The translations under genes and the position numbers were made by a program. Of a stretch of 64,000 nucleotides of DNA, positions 53,482 through 63,800 are shown one piece after another. The stretch covers positions 1,440,001-1,504,000 of the forward strand of contig CAWCMR010000025.1 of the NCBI GenBank assembly GCA_963796685.1, given 5' to 3'. The stretch's first letter is position 1; each line of letters starts with the position of its first letter. The DNA comes from an uncultured delta proteobacterium. Its GTDB lineage: Bacteria; Myxococcota_A; Polyangia; Fen-1088. The notes under the pieces are model-generated. The model worked only from the letters and a program-made list of their open reading frames with translations. It ran no database searches and was not told where the DNA came from.

Positions 53482-53855
53482 CGCAGGCGCAGGTCGAAGA
53501 GCAAGCTCTCCAAGATCTGTCCTTCTTCGGCAGACAGGTTGCCCTTGGTCTTGTCCTCGAGCACCGTGAGCAGGTCGATGGCGTGCTTGGCCATGGGCAG
53601 GTTGCGCGGGGGCTTCTTGCCCTCGGGCTCATCCGATTGCCCAAGGTACATGACGGCCGAGCTGCCCAGCGAAAGCACCAAGGTGGCGAAATCGGCCGGC
53701 GGCAGCGAGCGGGATGACTCGGGCGTGGCCCGGGGAGGCGCCTCGGCAGGGGCCTCCGGGACCGCGGGCGGCTCTTGCTTGCGCTCGCCGCTCGGGTCGA
53801 ACGCGCGGCGGTCGGTCACGGTGAAGTTCCCTGTTTTTTGCTCGGAATCAGCCAT
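53442..53855 (-). CDS. DUF1844 domain protein
   Basis: VTDRR, F..LVLSL..SA.MYLG, AKHAIDLL.VL..KTKGNL, L.DLRLRYV. Confidence 0.88.
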   Translation of the reverse strand: MADSEQKTGNFTVTDRRAFDPSGERKQEPPAVPEAPAEAPPRATPESSRSLPPADFATLVLSLGSSAVMYLGQSDEPEGKKPPRNLPMAKHAIDLLTVLEDKTKGNLSAEEGQILESLLFDLRLRYVEALKTASGGA

Positions 53856-53908
53856 GCACGCAAGCGTACGCAGGTGTCGTCCCAGTTTCAACCCTGGGCT
53901 TCGGCCGC

Positions 53909-54088
53909 TCACCTCTCGGCGGCGGGTGGATTTTCCGGCTCGGGCGGGAGGGTGTTGTCGCTGGCGTCGGGCAGCGATTTCAGGAATCGCTCGTAGTCCT
54001 TGCGGGTGATCAGCCCGCGCTTGATGTTGCGCTCGACGGTGCGAAGATCGAACAATCGGACTTCCTTGACGTCTTCCTCACGGGTCAT
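53909..54088 (-). CDS. 59-aa hypothetical protein (below ORF-track cutoff)
   Basis: MTREEDVKEVRLFDLRTVERNIKRGLITRKDYERFLKSLPDASDNTLPPEPENPPAAER; host-like GC3; co-oriented with DUF1844 gene. Confidence 0.75.
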   Translation of the reverse strand: MTREEDVKEVRLFDLRTVERNIKRGLITRKDYERFLKSLPDASDNTLPPEPENPPAAER

Positions 54089-54161
54089 GGAGGCAAGTGG
54101 TTAGCGAAGACCGGGGTGCAAGTCAAGGGGCGTGCGATGCTCCGACGGAGACCGGGCAGCC

Positions 54162-55403
54162 CTAGCGCCGCACGCGACGGGCCAAGGCGACCACGGGCGT
54201 GGTTGGACAGGCGGTCACGAGCTCGAGGGTGGCGAGGCCATTCAGGCTGCGTGCATCGTGACAAGACTTGCCGAAAAGGACCACGGAGGTGCCGCTGTCG
54301 CCGAAATCCCAGCCCTCCTGGTGCGATGTGTCTCGCGCGACCCGATGGTCGGACATCAGGACCGTGGCGCTGTCCGGCCACGTCACCACACCGGGCAAGG
54401 CGAAGCTGCAGCTCGTGGTTTGCTCGCCAAGCGTGCCGAGCGCGGCCACCAAATCGGTGGTGCCGTTGGCCGCGTAGTAGGCGGGTTGACCGGCCGCCGT
54501 GTTGGGCATTCCGCCGAGATTCGCCATGTCGATGAAGAGCTGCATGAGACCGTTGGGTTGGAGGTTGCCCGTGGCCGGGGGAAGGGCCACGGCGGCCACC
54601 GCCACGGGAATACCGAGGACGCTGGCCACGTGGGCCACGGTCTCCTTGCTGCGTGAATCGTCGGGGCTGGACGCGCCGTCGCACAGGGTGTCGCTGGCGC
54701 AGGTGGGCTCGCCGCCGGTCACCAGCACGATGTATTTCGACGTGCTGGTCCCGCGCGCGAGCAGAAAATTTGCCGCCTGCACCAGCGCCCGCGCGGTGGG
54801 CGTGCCGATCCCTGTCGGCGTGCCCTGCGCAAGCGTGGCGGCAATGACTTGCGTGGAGCCCAGGTCGGGAGCCACCTCGACGAGGGGCGTGAGATTGCTC
54901 GCCGGCATCTGGCAGCAAGCCGCGTCGCCGCTCGACTTGGGAAAGAGCATCACGCCCCACGCCGTCGCCCCCTGGCTGGCCAGGACCGCGCTCGCGACCG
55001 CCGCGACGGTGGTGCTCCATCTGCTCGTGCCGTCGGCGGCGATGGGCTCTGCCATGGTCGTGGATCGATCGATTATCAGCAACACTTCGGCGGGTCGCGG
55101 ATAAAGGGTGGTGGTGGCCAGCGAGCAAGTCGGGTCGGGCGACCCAGGCGGGACCGGAGAGCCCGCCTGGCCGCCGTCAACCACGGAGGCGTAGGCGGCG
55201 GCGTCGATCGTCAAGAACGTGGCCTGTGCGGCATCCAATTTGGCCGCAACGGCGCCTGCGTCGCGGCCTGGATTCGCACCGGTATTGCTCGCGCCGGTGC
55301 TGTAGGCACCGCAAGCCAAGAGGCAAGACGCTGCGGCCGGCAGCAATGCGCTTTGCCAACCCCGGTTGCCGCGCTGTGAATTGGAAACTGTCATCGGACC
55401 CAT
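54162..55403 (-). CDS. vWA-domain lipoprotein
   Basis: Lipobox LLAC; LLIIDRSTTM, GTPT, IVLVTGGEPTC; Cys-rich C-terminus. Confidence 0.8.
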   Translation of the reverse strand: MGPMTVSNSQRGNRGWQSALLPAAASCLLACGAYSTGASNTGANPGRDAGAVAAKLDAAQATFLTIDAAAYASVVDGGQAGSPVPPGSPDPTCSLATTTLYPRPAEVLLIIDRSTTMAEPIAADGTSRWSTTVAAVASAVLASQGATAWGVMLFPKSSGDAACCQMPASNLTPLVEVAPDLGSTQVIAATLAQGTPTGIGTPTARALVQAANFLLARGTSTSKYIVLVTGGEPTCASDTLCDGASSPDDSRSKETVAHVASVLGIPVAVAAVALPPATGNLQPNGLMQLFIDMANLGGMPNTAAGQPAYYAANGTTDLVAALGTLGEQTTSCSFALPGVVTWPDSATVLMSDHRVARDTSHQEGWDFGDSGTSVVLFGKSCHDARSLNGLATLELVTACPTTPVVALARRVRR

Positions 55404-55485
55404 GAATCGCGCTGGTCTTTCTCATGCACGATGCCATGGCGAGAGGGCCAAGTCATCCGCTGCGGCCCGAGCTCGGTAGCCGCCG

Positions 55486-57291
55486 TCACAGTCGCTCGGC
55501 AAGCCCGGAGCTGCGGACTTCTTCTGCGGCAATGCCTGCCCGCCACTGCTCGAACCTGCCACAGACGACGACGCTCGTGCGTGCGCGCGACACGGCGGTG
55601 TAAAGGAGCTCGCGCGTGAGCAGGGGACACGCGAGCTCGGGCAAGATGAGCAGCACCTCGTCGAGCTCGGAGCCTTGCGCCTTGTGGATCGTGAGCGCGA
55701 ATCCGAGCTCGAGCGCGCCGGGCATGGCCCGCGGTTCCACGGCCTGCCACCCGCTGCGTGTGCGGAAGGCGACGACGACCGGGTCGCCCGGGCCGTGCAT
55801 GCGCACCGCGATGCCCTGGTCTCCGTTCCACAGGTCGCGCTCGTAATCGTTGCGCGACATCAGCACCGGCTCGCCGGGCAAGAACCATGGCCCGCCGCCG
55901 TGCAAATCGTGCAGGAAGGCGTTGCATCGCTCGACGCCGGTCTTGCGCCCGCGGGTTACGGCCAGGACGCGCGTCCGTGCCAGGTGCGCAACCAACTCGT
56001 CGAGTCGGTGGGCATCCTCCTCGGCGAAGATCCCGTCTTCCGCTACGTACCTGCGATCGACCAGGGAAGCCATGCGCGCGCTGTCGAAGTTGCGCCGGTG
56101 GTAGTCGCGGAGAAGATCCTCCAGGTGTTCGGGCGACAGCTGTTCGACGCCTTGTCTGAAAAGCTCGGCGGGGCCGTTACGAACGATGCACAGCCGGGTG
56201 GCCTCCTCGGTTTGCCCCGCCCGCACCGCCGCTGCCAGGTCGGCGATCCGCTTGCCCTCGGGCCGCGCGATGTCCGCGCGAAACCCGCGCTCGAGTCGAA
56301 CGCCGAATTGGCGCAGGTCGCGCAACACGGCTCCCGCTGCGATGGAAGGAAGCTGATCCGCGTCACCCAGGAGAATCAGCAAGGCGCCGTCCGGCAACAC
56401 GGCCAAGAGCTTGTCCATGAGCACGAGATCGATCATCGACGACTCGTCGACGATGACGGTCCGGAAGGGCAGGGGATCGCGCGCAGCGCGCAGAATGCCC
56501 CCTGGTCCGCGCCGGGCGCCGAGCAGCCGGTGCAGGGTTTGCGCCTTGGGACAGTCGTCGCGTAGAGCGCGGTCGCTTGGGGCGGGATTCTCCAGCGCCG
56601 AGAGTCGGGTGCGGAAATCGTCTTCGAGGCGGCTGGCCGCCTTGCCAGTGGGGGCGCACAGGGCGATGTCGGCGGGGGCCACGCCGAGGCGGACCAGGGT
56701 GCGCACCAGCGCCAGCGCGGTGGTGGTCTTGCCCGTGCCCGGGCCTCCGGAGATGACCCCGAGAGCATGGGCCAGCGCGTGCGCAACCGCAGCCTTCTGT
56801 TCCGCGCTGGGCGCGGGAGCACCCTCGGTGGCAACGTCACCGAGCGCGCGGGAGACGTCCTCGGCGGGGAAGGGCGCGGCCTGCCCGAAGAGAGTGGCGA
56901 GCCGCGAAGCCACCCGCGTCTCGCAGGCATGGTCCCGCTGCGTGTAGAGGTACTCTCCGTCGAGGACGAAGGGCGCGCGCCCGGCCGGCGGCTGGACGAG
57001 GTCCGGCACCTTGGCGAGAAGGCGGCGCTCGGGCTCCTCAACCGCAAGGCGCGTGCTGCCGAGGGACTGCGCCGCGAGCAAGCGACCCAAGAGCAGCATG
57101 AAGGTGTCGCGCTCGTCGGGCGCAAGGCCGCTTCCAAGCTGGGCCACCTGCCAGGCCAGGTAGAGGCTGCTCTCGTCGAGGTCGCTTTCGCGCGCGAGCT
57201 CGAGCAGGGAAGCCGGATAGGCCGGCCGAGCGGCGACGGTTTGGCGGCCGGTGCCGGTGGGCAGCAGAGTGGAGAGCCCCGGCCGTCTCAT
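55486..57291 (-). CDS. recD: Exodeoxyribonuclease V alpha subunit
   Basis: SGGPGTGKTT, APTGKAA, TLHRLLG, VDESSM, LGDADQL, NGDQG, TIHKAQGSE, LYTAVSRAR. Confidence 0.93.
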   Translation of the reverse strand: MRRPGLSTLLPTGTGRQTVAARPAYPASLLELARESDLDESSLYLAWQVAQLGSGLAPDERDTFMLLLGRLLAAQSLGSTRLAVEEPERRLLAKVPDLVQPPAGRAPFVLDGEYLYTQRDHACETRVASRLATLFGQAAPFPAEDVSRALGDVATEGAPAPSAEQKAAVAHALAHALGVISGGPGTGKTTTALALVRTLVRLGVAPADIALCAPTGKAASRLEDDFRTRLSALENPAPSDRALRDDCPKAQTLHRLLGARRGPGGILRAARDPLPFRTVIVDESSMIDLVLMDKLLAVLPDGALLILLGDADQLPSIAAGAVLRDLRQFGVRLERGFRADIARPEGKRIADLAAAVRAGQTEEATRLCIVRNGPAELFRQGVEQLSPEHLEDLLRDYHRRNFDSARMASLVDRRYVAEDGIFAEEDAHRLDELVAHLARTRVLAVTRGRKTGVERCNAFLHDLHGGGPWFLPGEPVLMSRNDYERDLWNGDQGIAVRMHGPGDPVVVAFRTRSGWQAVEPRAMPGALELGFALTIHKAQGSELDEVLLILPELACPLLTRELLYTAVSRARTSVVVCGRFEQWRAGIAAEEVRSSGLAERL

Positions 57292-60200
57292 CGCGAGAGC
57301 CCCCAAAAGCGCTGGCCGAGCATGTCCGTCTCCCAGGACAGAACCTCGTCCCAGGTCGGCTTCCAGAAATGGATCCCGACCGTGTTGCTCGCGCCCTCGT
57401 CGTTCGGGCGCTCGCTGCCCAGGCCGCGCAGAAAACAGAAGACCATGCCGCCAAAGCGTCGCGTGTACTCGGCGGGCGACCGGACATCGCACAGGCGCAG
57501 CGCCGCGATGGTGTAGATGCGCGTCTGCACGTCGTAGTTCTGTGCGCAGTGCCGGGCCAGCGTGTCTTGGTCGAATCTCGGCAGGACGTCGCTTTTCCAG
57601 TCGCACACGAACACGCGGCCATCGTGCTCGAAGAGCAGATCCACGAAGCCCTTCACCACGCCGCGCTCCACGGTCCACGTGCCGTCCCGCGGCCGTGACA
57701 GAAGGGGATGCGAAGGCTCGGGCATGGGGAAGAGAAACTCCACCTCGCGCAGGGCGATTTGCGCGGACGCCAGCCCGGCGATGACCGCGTCGCCCAGTCG
57801 TATCGGTGTGGTGTACGCTCGATGCACCAGCTTGGCGGCCAGGGGCACGTGGGCGGCGGGCCGCCCGTGCCGTCGGCCCATCCTTTCAAACAGACGCGCC
57901 ACCTTGGGCTTGGCGTACCAGTCGGCGAAACCTTTGGTGCCGGCCAGCTCGGCGAGCGCGACGGTGGCCAGAAGGTCGTGCAGGAAGATACCGGTGTCGG
58001 CGCCGCCCGGCAGCTCGTGCCCGGTGTCGGCTTGGCGGTCGTCTTCGCCAAGCGCAAGCTCGCCGGACAGGCGCGGGTCGGCCTCGACGCCGTCGAATTC
58101 GGCGCGCGCATGTTTGACCGCGGTGTAGGAGGTCACGGCGAACCCGCTGCGCTCGGCCCTGATGGCGGCCAGGTCGCCGGGCTCGCGGGCCGACGCCGAC
58201 CCCCGGGGCGAGAGCGCGGCTGGCCAAGGCGCAGGCGCGGGGAAAATGGCGCGCCCATGAACCGAATGGGCGGGGCAGATGCGCACGCTGAAAGGAGGGC
58301 AAGCGCGCTCGTGTCGCTCGCCGAGAAGGTCGGTCAGGCGCTGGTTGGCGCGCCGATACGGGCCGGTGAACATGTTGAGCTCGGGCGGATAGTGGGGAAG
58401 GTACAGACGGTAGCGGGCGCGAGTCAGGGCCACGTAGAGCAGGCGGCTGCGCTCGTCTTCTGTTTCTAGCGCGGCGAGACGCCTGGCGGTTTCGTCCGGC
58501 CGGCCCACCTGCAGCACGCGCTGGCCGCCGTCGTGCAGAAGGCGCACCGGTGGCCCGGATCTCCGTTCCCCGGTGCCGCCGTAGACGAACACCACGTCCG
58601 CCTCGAGTCCCTTGGCTTTGTGAACGGTCAGAATCTGGACTGCGTCCTTGTCGGTCTCCAGGCGCTGCAAGTCGCCCTCGCGGCCGGGTGGTTTCTGCGT
58701 GCCGTGGATGAAGGCATTCAGCAGATCCGCCAGCTCGGGCAGCGACGCGTGCGAGCGCGCCCATTGCGCCTGCAGCACCTCCAGCACGTGCATGACGTTG
58801 GTCAGGGTTCGTTCGCCGGCGTTGGCCAAGAGCTCGCGGCGGACGATGCCACTGTCGTCGATCATGGAGGCGAACAAGGCCGGAATGTGGCCCTTGCCGG
58901 CCAGGGTGGTGAAATGCTCGAGCAGGCGCAACGGCTCGGCCGATGCGCCGAGATCCAGGCACGAAGCCGCGCCGATCACGTCGAGGTCGAAGAATCGCGT
59001 GAGCAAGGCCTGCGCGCGCAAGCTGCGATCCGCGGGCGCGGCGATGGCGCGCAAGACCGACCGCACCTCCGCGGCCTCGGGTGACGCGAAGAGCTCGCCG
59101 AGCTTGTAGAACGCGAACGGAATGCCCGCGGCGGCGAGCGCGCGCCCGATGGCGTGGCTCTCGGCGTTGGTGAAGGTCAGGATGAACACGTCGCGGGCGC
59201 GCAGCCGGCGGTCGCCGTCGCCATGGCCGCGCAGGCGCAGCGGGCTCGCCGGGTCGAGCAGGACGCGCAGCTCCTCGACGATGGCGGTTTGCACCGTGGC
59301 GCGCGCGGCGGACGCGCGCAGCGGAGGCCTGCTGGCCGCAAGCCCGAACACGACCACGGGCGCGGCCGGGATCGTGGATCCATCGAGCCATTGCAGGTCG
59401 GCGCAGCCACAGCGCACGGGCTGGTCGTAGGTGATGCCGCCGTCGCGGCGAAAGAAATCCGCGGCCTGGTCGAAGATCAGATTGGTGGCCTCGATGAGGC
59501 CGGCGGTCGAGCGAAAGTTGCGATCGAGCACCAGGCGGCTACCGCCGGCGACCTGCAGGGCTTGCCTGGCCCCGAGGTAGGCGTGCACGTCCGCGCCGCG
59601 GAAGCCGTAGATGGCTTGCTTGGGATCGCCGATCACGGTGATGGCGTGCCCCTCCGACGACTCGACGAAGATGCGGCGGAAGATCGACCACTGGGTCTCG
59701 TCGGTGTCCTGGAATTCGTCGATGAGGGCGTGGCGGTAGCGGCGACGCAGGGCTTCGACGAGGGCACCGCCGGCGGGTCCCGGATCGGCAAGCGCCCTCG
59801 ACACCAGGTGCAGCATGTCGGAAAAATCGAACAAGCCGGCCCTGCGCTTGCGGCCGGATGCGCGCTCGCGGATGAGAGGGGAGAGCCGCTCGGCCAAGTA
59901 GGCTTCCAGGGGAACGGCGGCCTCCTGCAGGTCGCGAACCATGGCCACGAGGTCGGCCAGGCTCGCGCCATGGGGTGCCCCGAGAAGCCTGTCCAGCACG
60001 TAGCCGAGGCCCTCTTGCATGCGCGGCTCGTCGGGGAACTTCTGCATGGCTGCCAGCAGGTGCACGGGACTGCCAGCGCACGCGGCGATGAGCTCGGAGG
60101 CGCGGGCCAGCCGGGCGATGATGGACTTGATCGAGTGCCCGTGGATCTTGGCCAGCTTGAGACGACGCCCAAGCTGCTCGTCTTCGCCTGCCACCGGCCG

Positions 60201-60860
60201 CCACGCCGCCATGGCGGCGAACAGGCGAGCCCGGTCGAAGCGCGGGCGCAGCGCCGTGGCCTTCTCCGCGTCGCATTTGCGCAGCAACCCTTCCAGGGCG
60301 GCGATGGACCCGCCGCCACTCAGCCAGCCCGCGATGGCCGCGGCCAGATCCTCGTCATGGGCCACGTCGTTTCGCAACACCTCGTGGAACGCGTCGCCGA
60401 AGGCGGCCTCCTCGCCGATCAGCTCCTCGTCGAAGAACCGGCCCTGGACGAACGCGTGCTCGCGCAGGACGCCTTGGCAGAAACCGTGGATGGTGAAGAT
60501 GCTGGCCCGGTCGAAGCCGAGCAGGGCTTCTTCGAGGAGCTTCTTCGCCCGGTCGTCGATGAGCCAGCTCTCGCTGGCTGGCGCTTGCGCCGCCGCGATG
60601 GCCTTGGGGTCGTCCTTGCGCAGTCCGGCCAGACGGACTAGGAGCGCGCGCAAGCGGATCACCAATTCCGCGGTGGCCTTCTCGGTGAACGTGACCACCA
60701 GAATCTCCTCGCATGACAGACCCCGGGTCAGGATGAGGTCGACGAAGAGGTGTTCGAGCAGAAAGGTCTTGCCCGTGCCCGCCGAGGATTCCACCACGTG
60801 GTGTCCTCGGCCAAGTCGCCCAAGCTCCGCCGGTCGCGGATAACGCAGGGCCTGGCTCAC
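57288..60860 (-). CDS. recB: Exodeoxyribonuclease V beta subunit
   Basis: SAGTGKT, VTFTEKAT, TIHGFC, IDEFQDTD, GDPKQAIY, TVHKAKGLE, YVALTRA; nuclease GFVDL...DWKS...Q...Y. Confidence 0.94.
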   Translation of the reverse strand: MSQALRYPRPAELGRLGRGHHVVESSAGTGKTFLLEHLFVDLILTRGLSCEEILVVTFTEKATAELVIRLRALLVRLAGLRKDDPKAIAAAQAPASESWLIDDRAKKLLEEALLGFDRASIFTIHGFCQGVLREHAFVQGRFFDEELIGEEAAFGDAFHEVLRNDVAHDEDLAAAIAGWLSGGGSIAALEGLLRKCDAEKATALRPRFDRARLFAAMAAWRPVAGEDEQLGRRLKLAKIHGHSIKSIIARLARASELIAACAGSPVHLLAAMQKFPDEPRMQEGLGYVLDRLLGAPHGASLADLVAMVRDLQEAAVPLEAYLAERLSPLIRERASGRKRRAGLFDFSDMLHLVSRALADPGPAGGALVEALRRRYRHALIDEFQDTDETQWSIFRRIFVESSEGHAITVIGDPKQAIYGFRGADVHAYLGARQALQVAGGSRLVLDRNFRSTAGLIEATNLIFDQAADFFRRDGGITYDQPVRCGCADLQWLDGSTIPAAPVVVFGLAASRPPLRASAARATVQTAIVEELRVLLDPASPLRLRGHGDGDRRLRARDVFILTFTNAESHAIGRALAAAGIPFAFYKLGELFASPEAAEVRSVLRAIAAPADRSLRAQALLTRFFDLDVIGAASCLDLGASAEPLRLLEHFTTLAGKGHIPALFASMIDDSGIVRRELLANAGERTLTNVMHVLEVLQAQWARSHASLPELADLLNAFIHGTQKPPGREGDLQRLETDKDAVQILTVHKAKGLEADVVFVYGGTGERRSGPPVRLLHDGGQRVLQVGRPDETARRLAALETEDERSRLLYVALTRARYRLYLPHYPPELNMFTGPYRRANQRLTDLLGERHERACPPFSVRICPAHSVHGRAIFPAPAPWPAALSPRGSASAREPGDLAAIRAERSGFAVTSYTAVKHARAEFDGVEADPRLSGELALGEDDRQADTGHELPGGADTGIFLHDLLATVALAELAGTKGFADWYAKPKVARLFERMGRRHGRPAAHVPLAAKLVHRAYTTPIRLGDAVIAGLASAQIALREVEFLFPMPEPSHPLLSRPRDGTWTVERGVVKGFVDLLFEHDGRVFVCDWKSDVLPRFDQDTLARHCAQNYDVQTRIYTIAALRLCDVRSPAEYTRRFGGMVFCFLRGLGSERPNDEGASNTVGIHFWKPTWDEVLSWETDMLGQRFWGLSR

Positions 60861-63800
60861 GCGCCCTCTTTCGATGCGAGCTCGAAGAACAGGCCGAAAC
60901 GCGCCTTGGCCATGCTCTCGGCCTCTTGCGCGGTGGGCGCGGAATAGCGATCGAGGACTCCTGGCACCGGGCCTTGCAAAGAGCTCATGCTGCGCCCTTT
61001 GCCCTCCGCTTCACAGCACAGCTCGTCGATTTCGTCGAGCAGGGGTGTGTGGTTGCGCCGGCTCGCCAGCACCGCCTCGTGGGGAAGAAGGTAGGGGTGC
61101 ACGCCCGTGGCCGCGCCGCTTGTGTCGAGCGCGCCGGTCAGGAGATCGGCGCACAGGAGCGCCAGGTAGTCCCGCGCGCGCTCGCGTTCGAGGGGGCGGA
61201 ATCCCAGCGTGTGAACCTTGCCCGGGCCGTCGGAGCTGTAGAAGAGGACGCTGCGGTGACCGGGGAGGCTGGCCTCGTCGCTTGCCGCGGCCAACGCCAC
61301 ATAGTCGAGGAAGGCCCACAGATCCTCCCGGCAAATCTCCTTGCCGGAGATCCCGGCTCGGCAGGTGAAGCCCAAGGTGGCACCGCCGGTCTGTTCCGAC
61401 CGGCTGGAGAGCCTGGTCTCGCCGCCGAGGCGGACCGCGCGCGCAGGCCGACCCGCGGCGCCCGGCAGGGGAACGGCCAGGACGGGGGCCCGACGGTAAA
61501 CGACGCCTGTCCTCGCAGGGTTCTCGGCCGCGCTCTTCGCCAGGCGGACCACGCGGCACTCCACACGATGCAATCCCAATACCTCGGGCAGCATCTCGTG
61601 CCAGGCACGCAGAAGCCCTTCCTCGGCGCGCGTGCCGGCGGCGCGGAACAATCCCGTGGGCGAGCGTCCGCCGAGCTCCGCCTGGCCGGCTCGCCGCTCG
61701 TAGGCGGTACGTAGATCTTGCCAGGACGGCGTCGCCTGCGCGGCGACGAGAGCATCGGCCATGCTCGTGCGCAGAAGCCAAGACAATCCGCGACGATCCA
61801 TGTCGAAGGGCTCGTCTTCCACATCGGCCGGCGCGCGATCGTCGTCGTCGTGCATGCCCAGGCGAAAGCGCGCCGAACCTTGCAGGGGATCGTCGAGAAA
61901 GCGGCGAAGCGCGGACAGCGGAACGACCAAGGCGTCGCGCGCATCCTCCGCGTGCGCCGAGCTCGACTTGGCCGGCGGCGTGGGCGCCGTCCCGGGCAAA
62001 ACCTCGCCCTTGGCCATGGCCGCGCCCAGCTCCTTGGCCAGGTGCTCGCCCTCGGCGGCGGGCAGGACCGCTCGGCGCTCCGCGAGGTCGTCCCAGCGTC
62101 GCAGAGGGGGCCGCGCTTGAACATCGTCGCCGAACAGCCGGGCGAGCGCGGCCGGGTCGAGGTAGCCCTGACCGAGGATGGTGCGCAGCTCGAGCAACAC
62201 GGACGAGGCGGGCAGCTCGTCGCCCGTGATCTCGTCGCGCGCGACGTACGAGAGCGTGACGTGCTCGCGCGCCGACAGCAAGGTTTCGAGGAACATGTAC
62301 AGATCCTGCTCGCGGCGATCGACATCGCCCGCCTTGCGTGCGCCCGCCCGCAGGTCGAGCTCGTGGTGCCCCGCGGGGCGTGGGAACGCCTCTTGCCCGA
62401 GGCCGAGCACGAACACGGCGCGAAAAGGGATCGCGCGCATGGGCACGAACGAGGCCACGGCCACCCCGCTCGACAGGTAGTGGCCGCGGCTCGCAGGCGT
62501 GGCCGACAGGGCGCGCTCGGCGAGCTCGGCCGCCACGCGATAGGAAACCGGCCGCTGGCCGAGGCCCATGTCCGACAGATCTTCCAGCTCGGCGAGAAAA
62601 TGTCCGATCACCGACTTGCCCGCACCGTCGGCTTGGTCGAGCACGAGATAGGATTCGACCAGACCGCGGATGAAGTCGAGCCAGTCGCCGAGCGGTCGCT
62701 CCGACGTCTTGCCGCCACCCGAGGCGAAGCGCGCGTCGGCGATGAGCGAACGCGCGAGCAGACCGAACCCCAGGCATTCCTCGTCGGCGCTGTCGATGGC
62801 GGGGCCGGGCAGATAGCTCTCCCCGGCCAAGACGAGGGGCTCGTCCTCGCCGGGACCGCGCGAGTCGCACAGCGCGCCCAGCGCCAGTCTGCGCAGCCCC
62901 TGATCCCAGGTGAAGAGATCGTGCGTGACGTAGGAGCCACGCAGGTCGCCGCGGTCCGCGCCGCGCACGATGCCGAGCCCATGGGCCAGCTCGCGCCAGG
63001 TCTCGGGCGCGGCCTTGGGAAACCTGGCCATGAGGCAGGGATGGGTGAGGAGCGGCAGGAATTCCTTGCGGGTGAAGGTCGAGAAGGGCAAACGGAGCAG
63101 CAGCGCGATGGCCTCGGCGACGCGATGGGCGCTGGCGGCCGGCAGATCCGCTACGCTGTGGGGCAGAGCGCAGCTCTCGTCGAACACCGCCGAGAGTTGC
63201 GCCAGGTAGAGGTTCTTGCTGGCCTCGGGCACGATCACGGCCACGTCGCACAAGCGCAGCGTGGGATCGCGGCGTGCGAGATTCCAGATCTCCGCTGCCA
63301 CCACCTCGAGCTCGCGGCGCAGAGACGGGCAGGGCAGCACGCGCAGGCTGGCGTCGCACTCGCCGCGTTCCCCCTCGGACTTGTCCGGCATCCGCCGGTT
63401 GACGATGTCGCCCTGCAGACGGCGAAGCAAGCTGGCGCCTTGGCTCGCCTGCTCGGGGAAACGCGCATCCACGGTGACCCCCTCACAGGCGGCGAGCAGG
63501 CGAAGGTTCTCGCGGCCCGGCCGCGCCCAGCGGCGTAGCGCCGACTGCGCCTCGCGCCCGAGACCAAAGGGATCGTCCGCCGGGGGATCGGGCATGCCCC
63601 GGAGCTCGTCCTTGGCCTCGCGGCACGGGCTCAGGGTGTAGAGGTGGACCGTCGAGGCGCGCGCCAGCACCGCCAGCATGCGGTGGTAAACGGTCGCGAG
63701 GTAGGAAAGGCCGAACACGTGAACGGCTTTGCCGGCGAAGGGCGCCGGCTCTTTCGCCATGGCCTCTTCCCACAGGACATCGAGTCTCACGAAGCGAACG

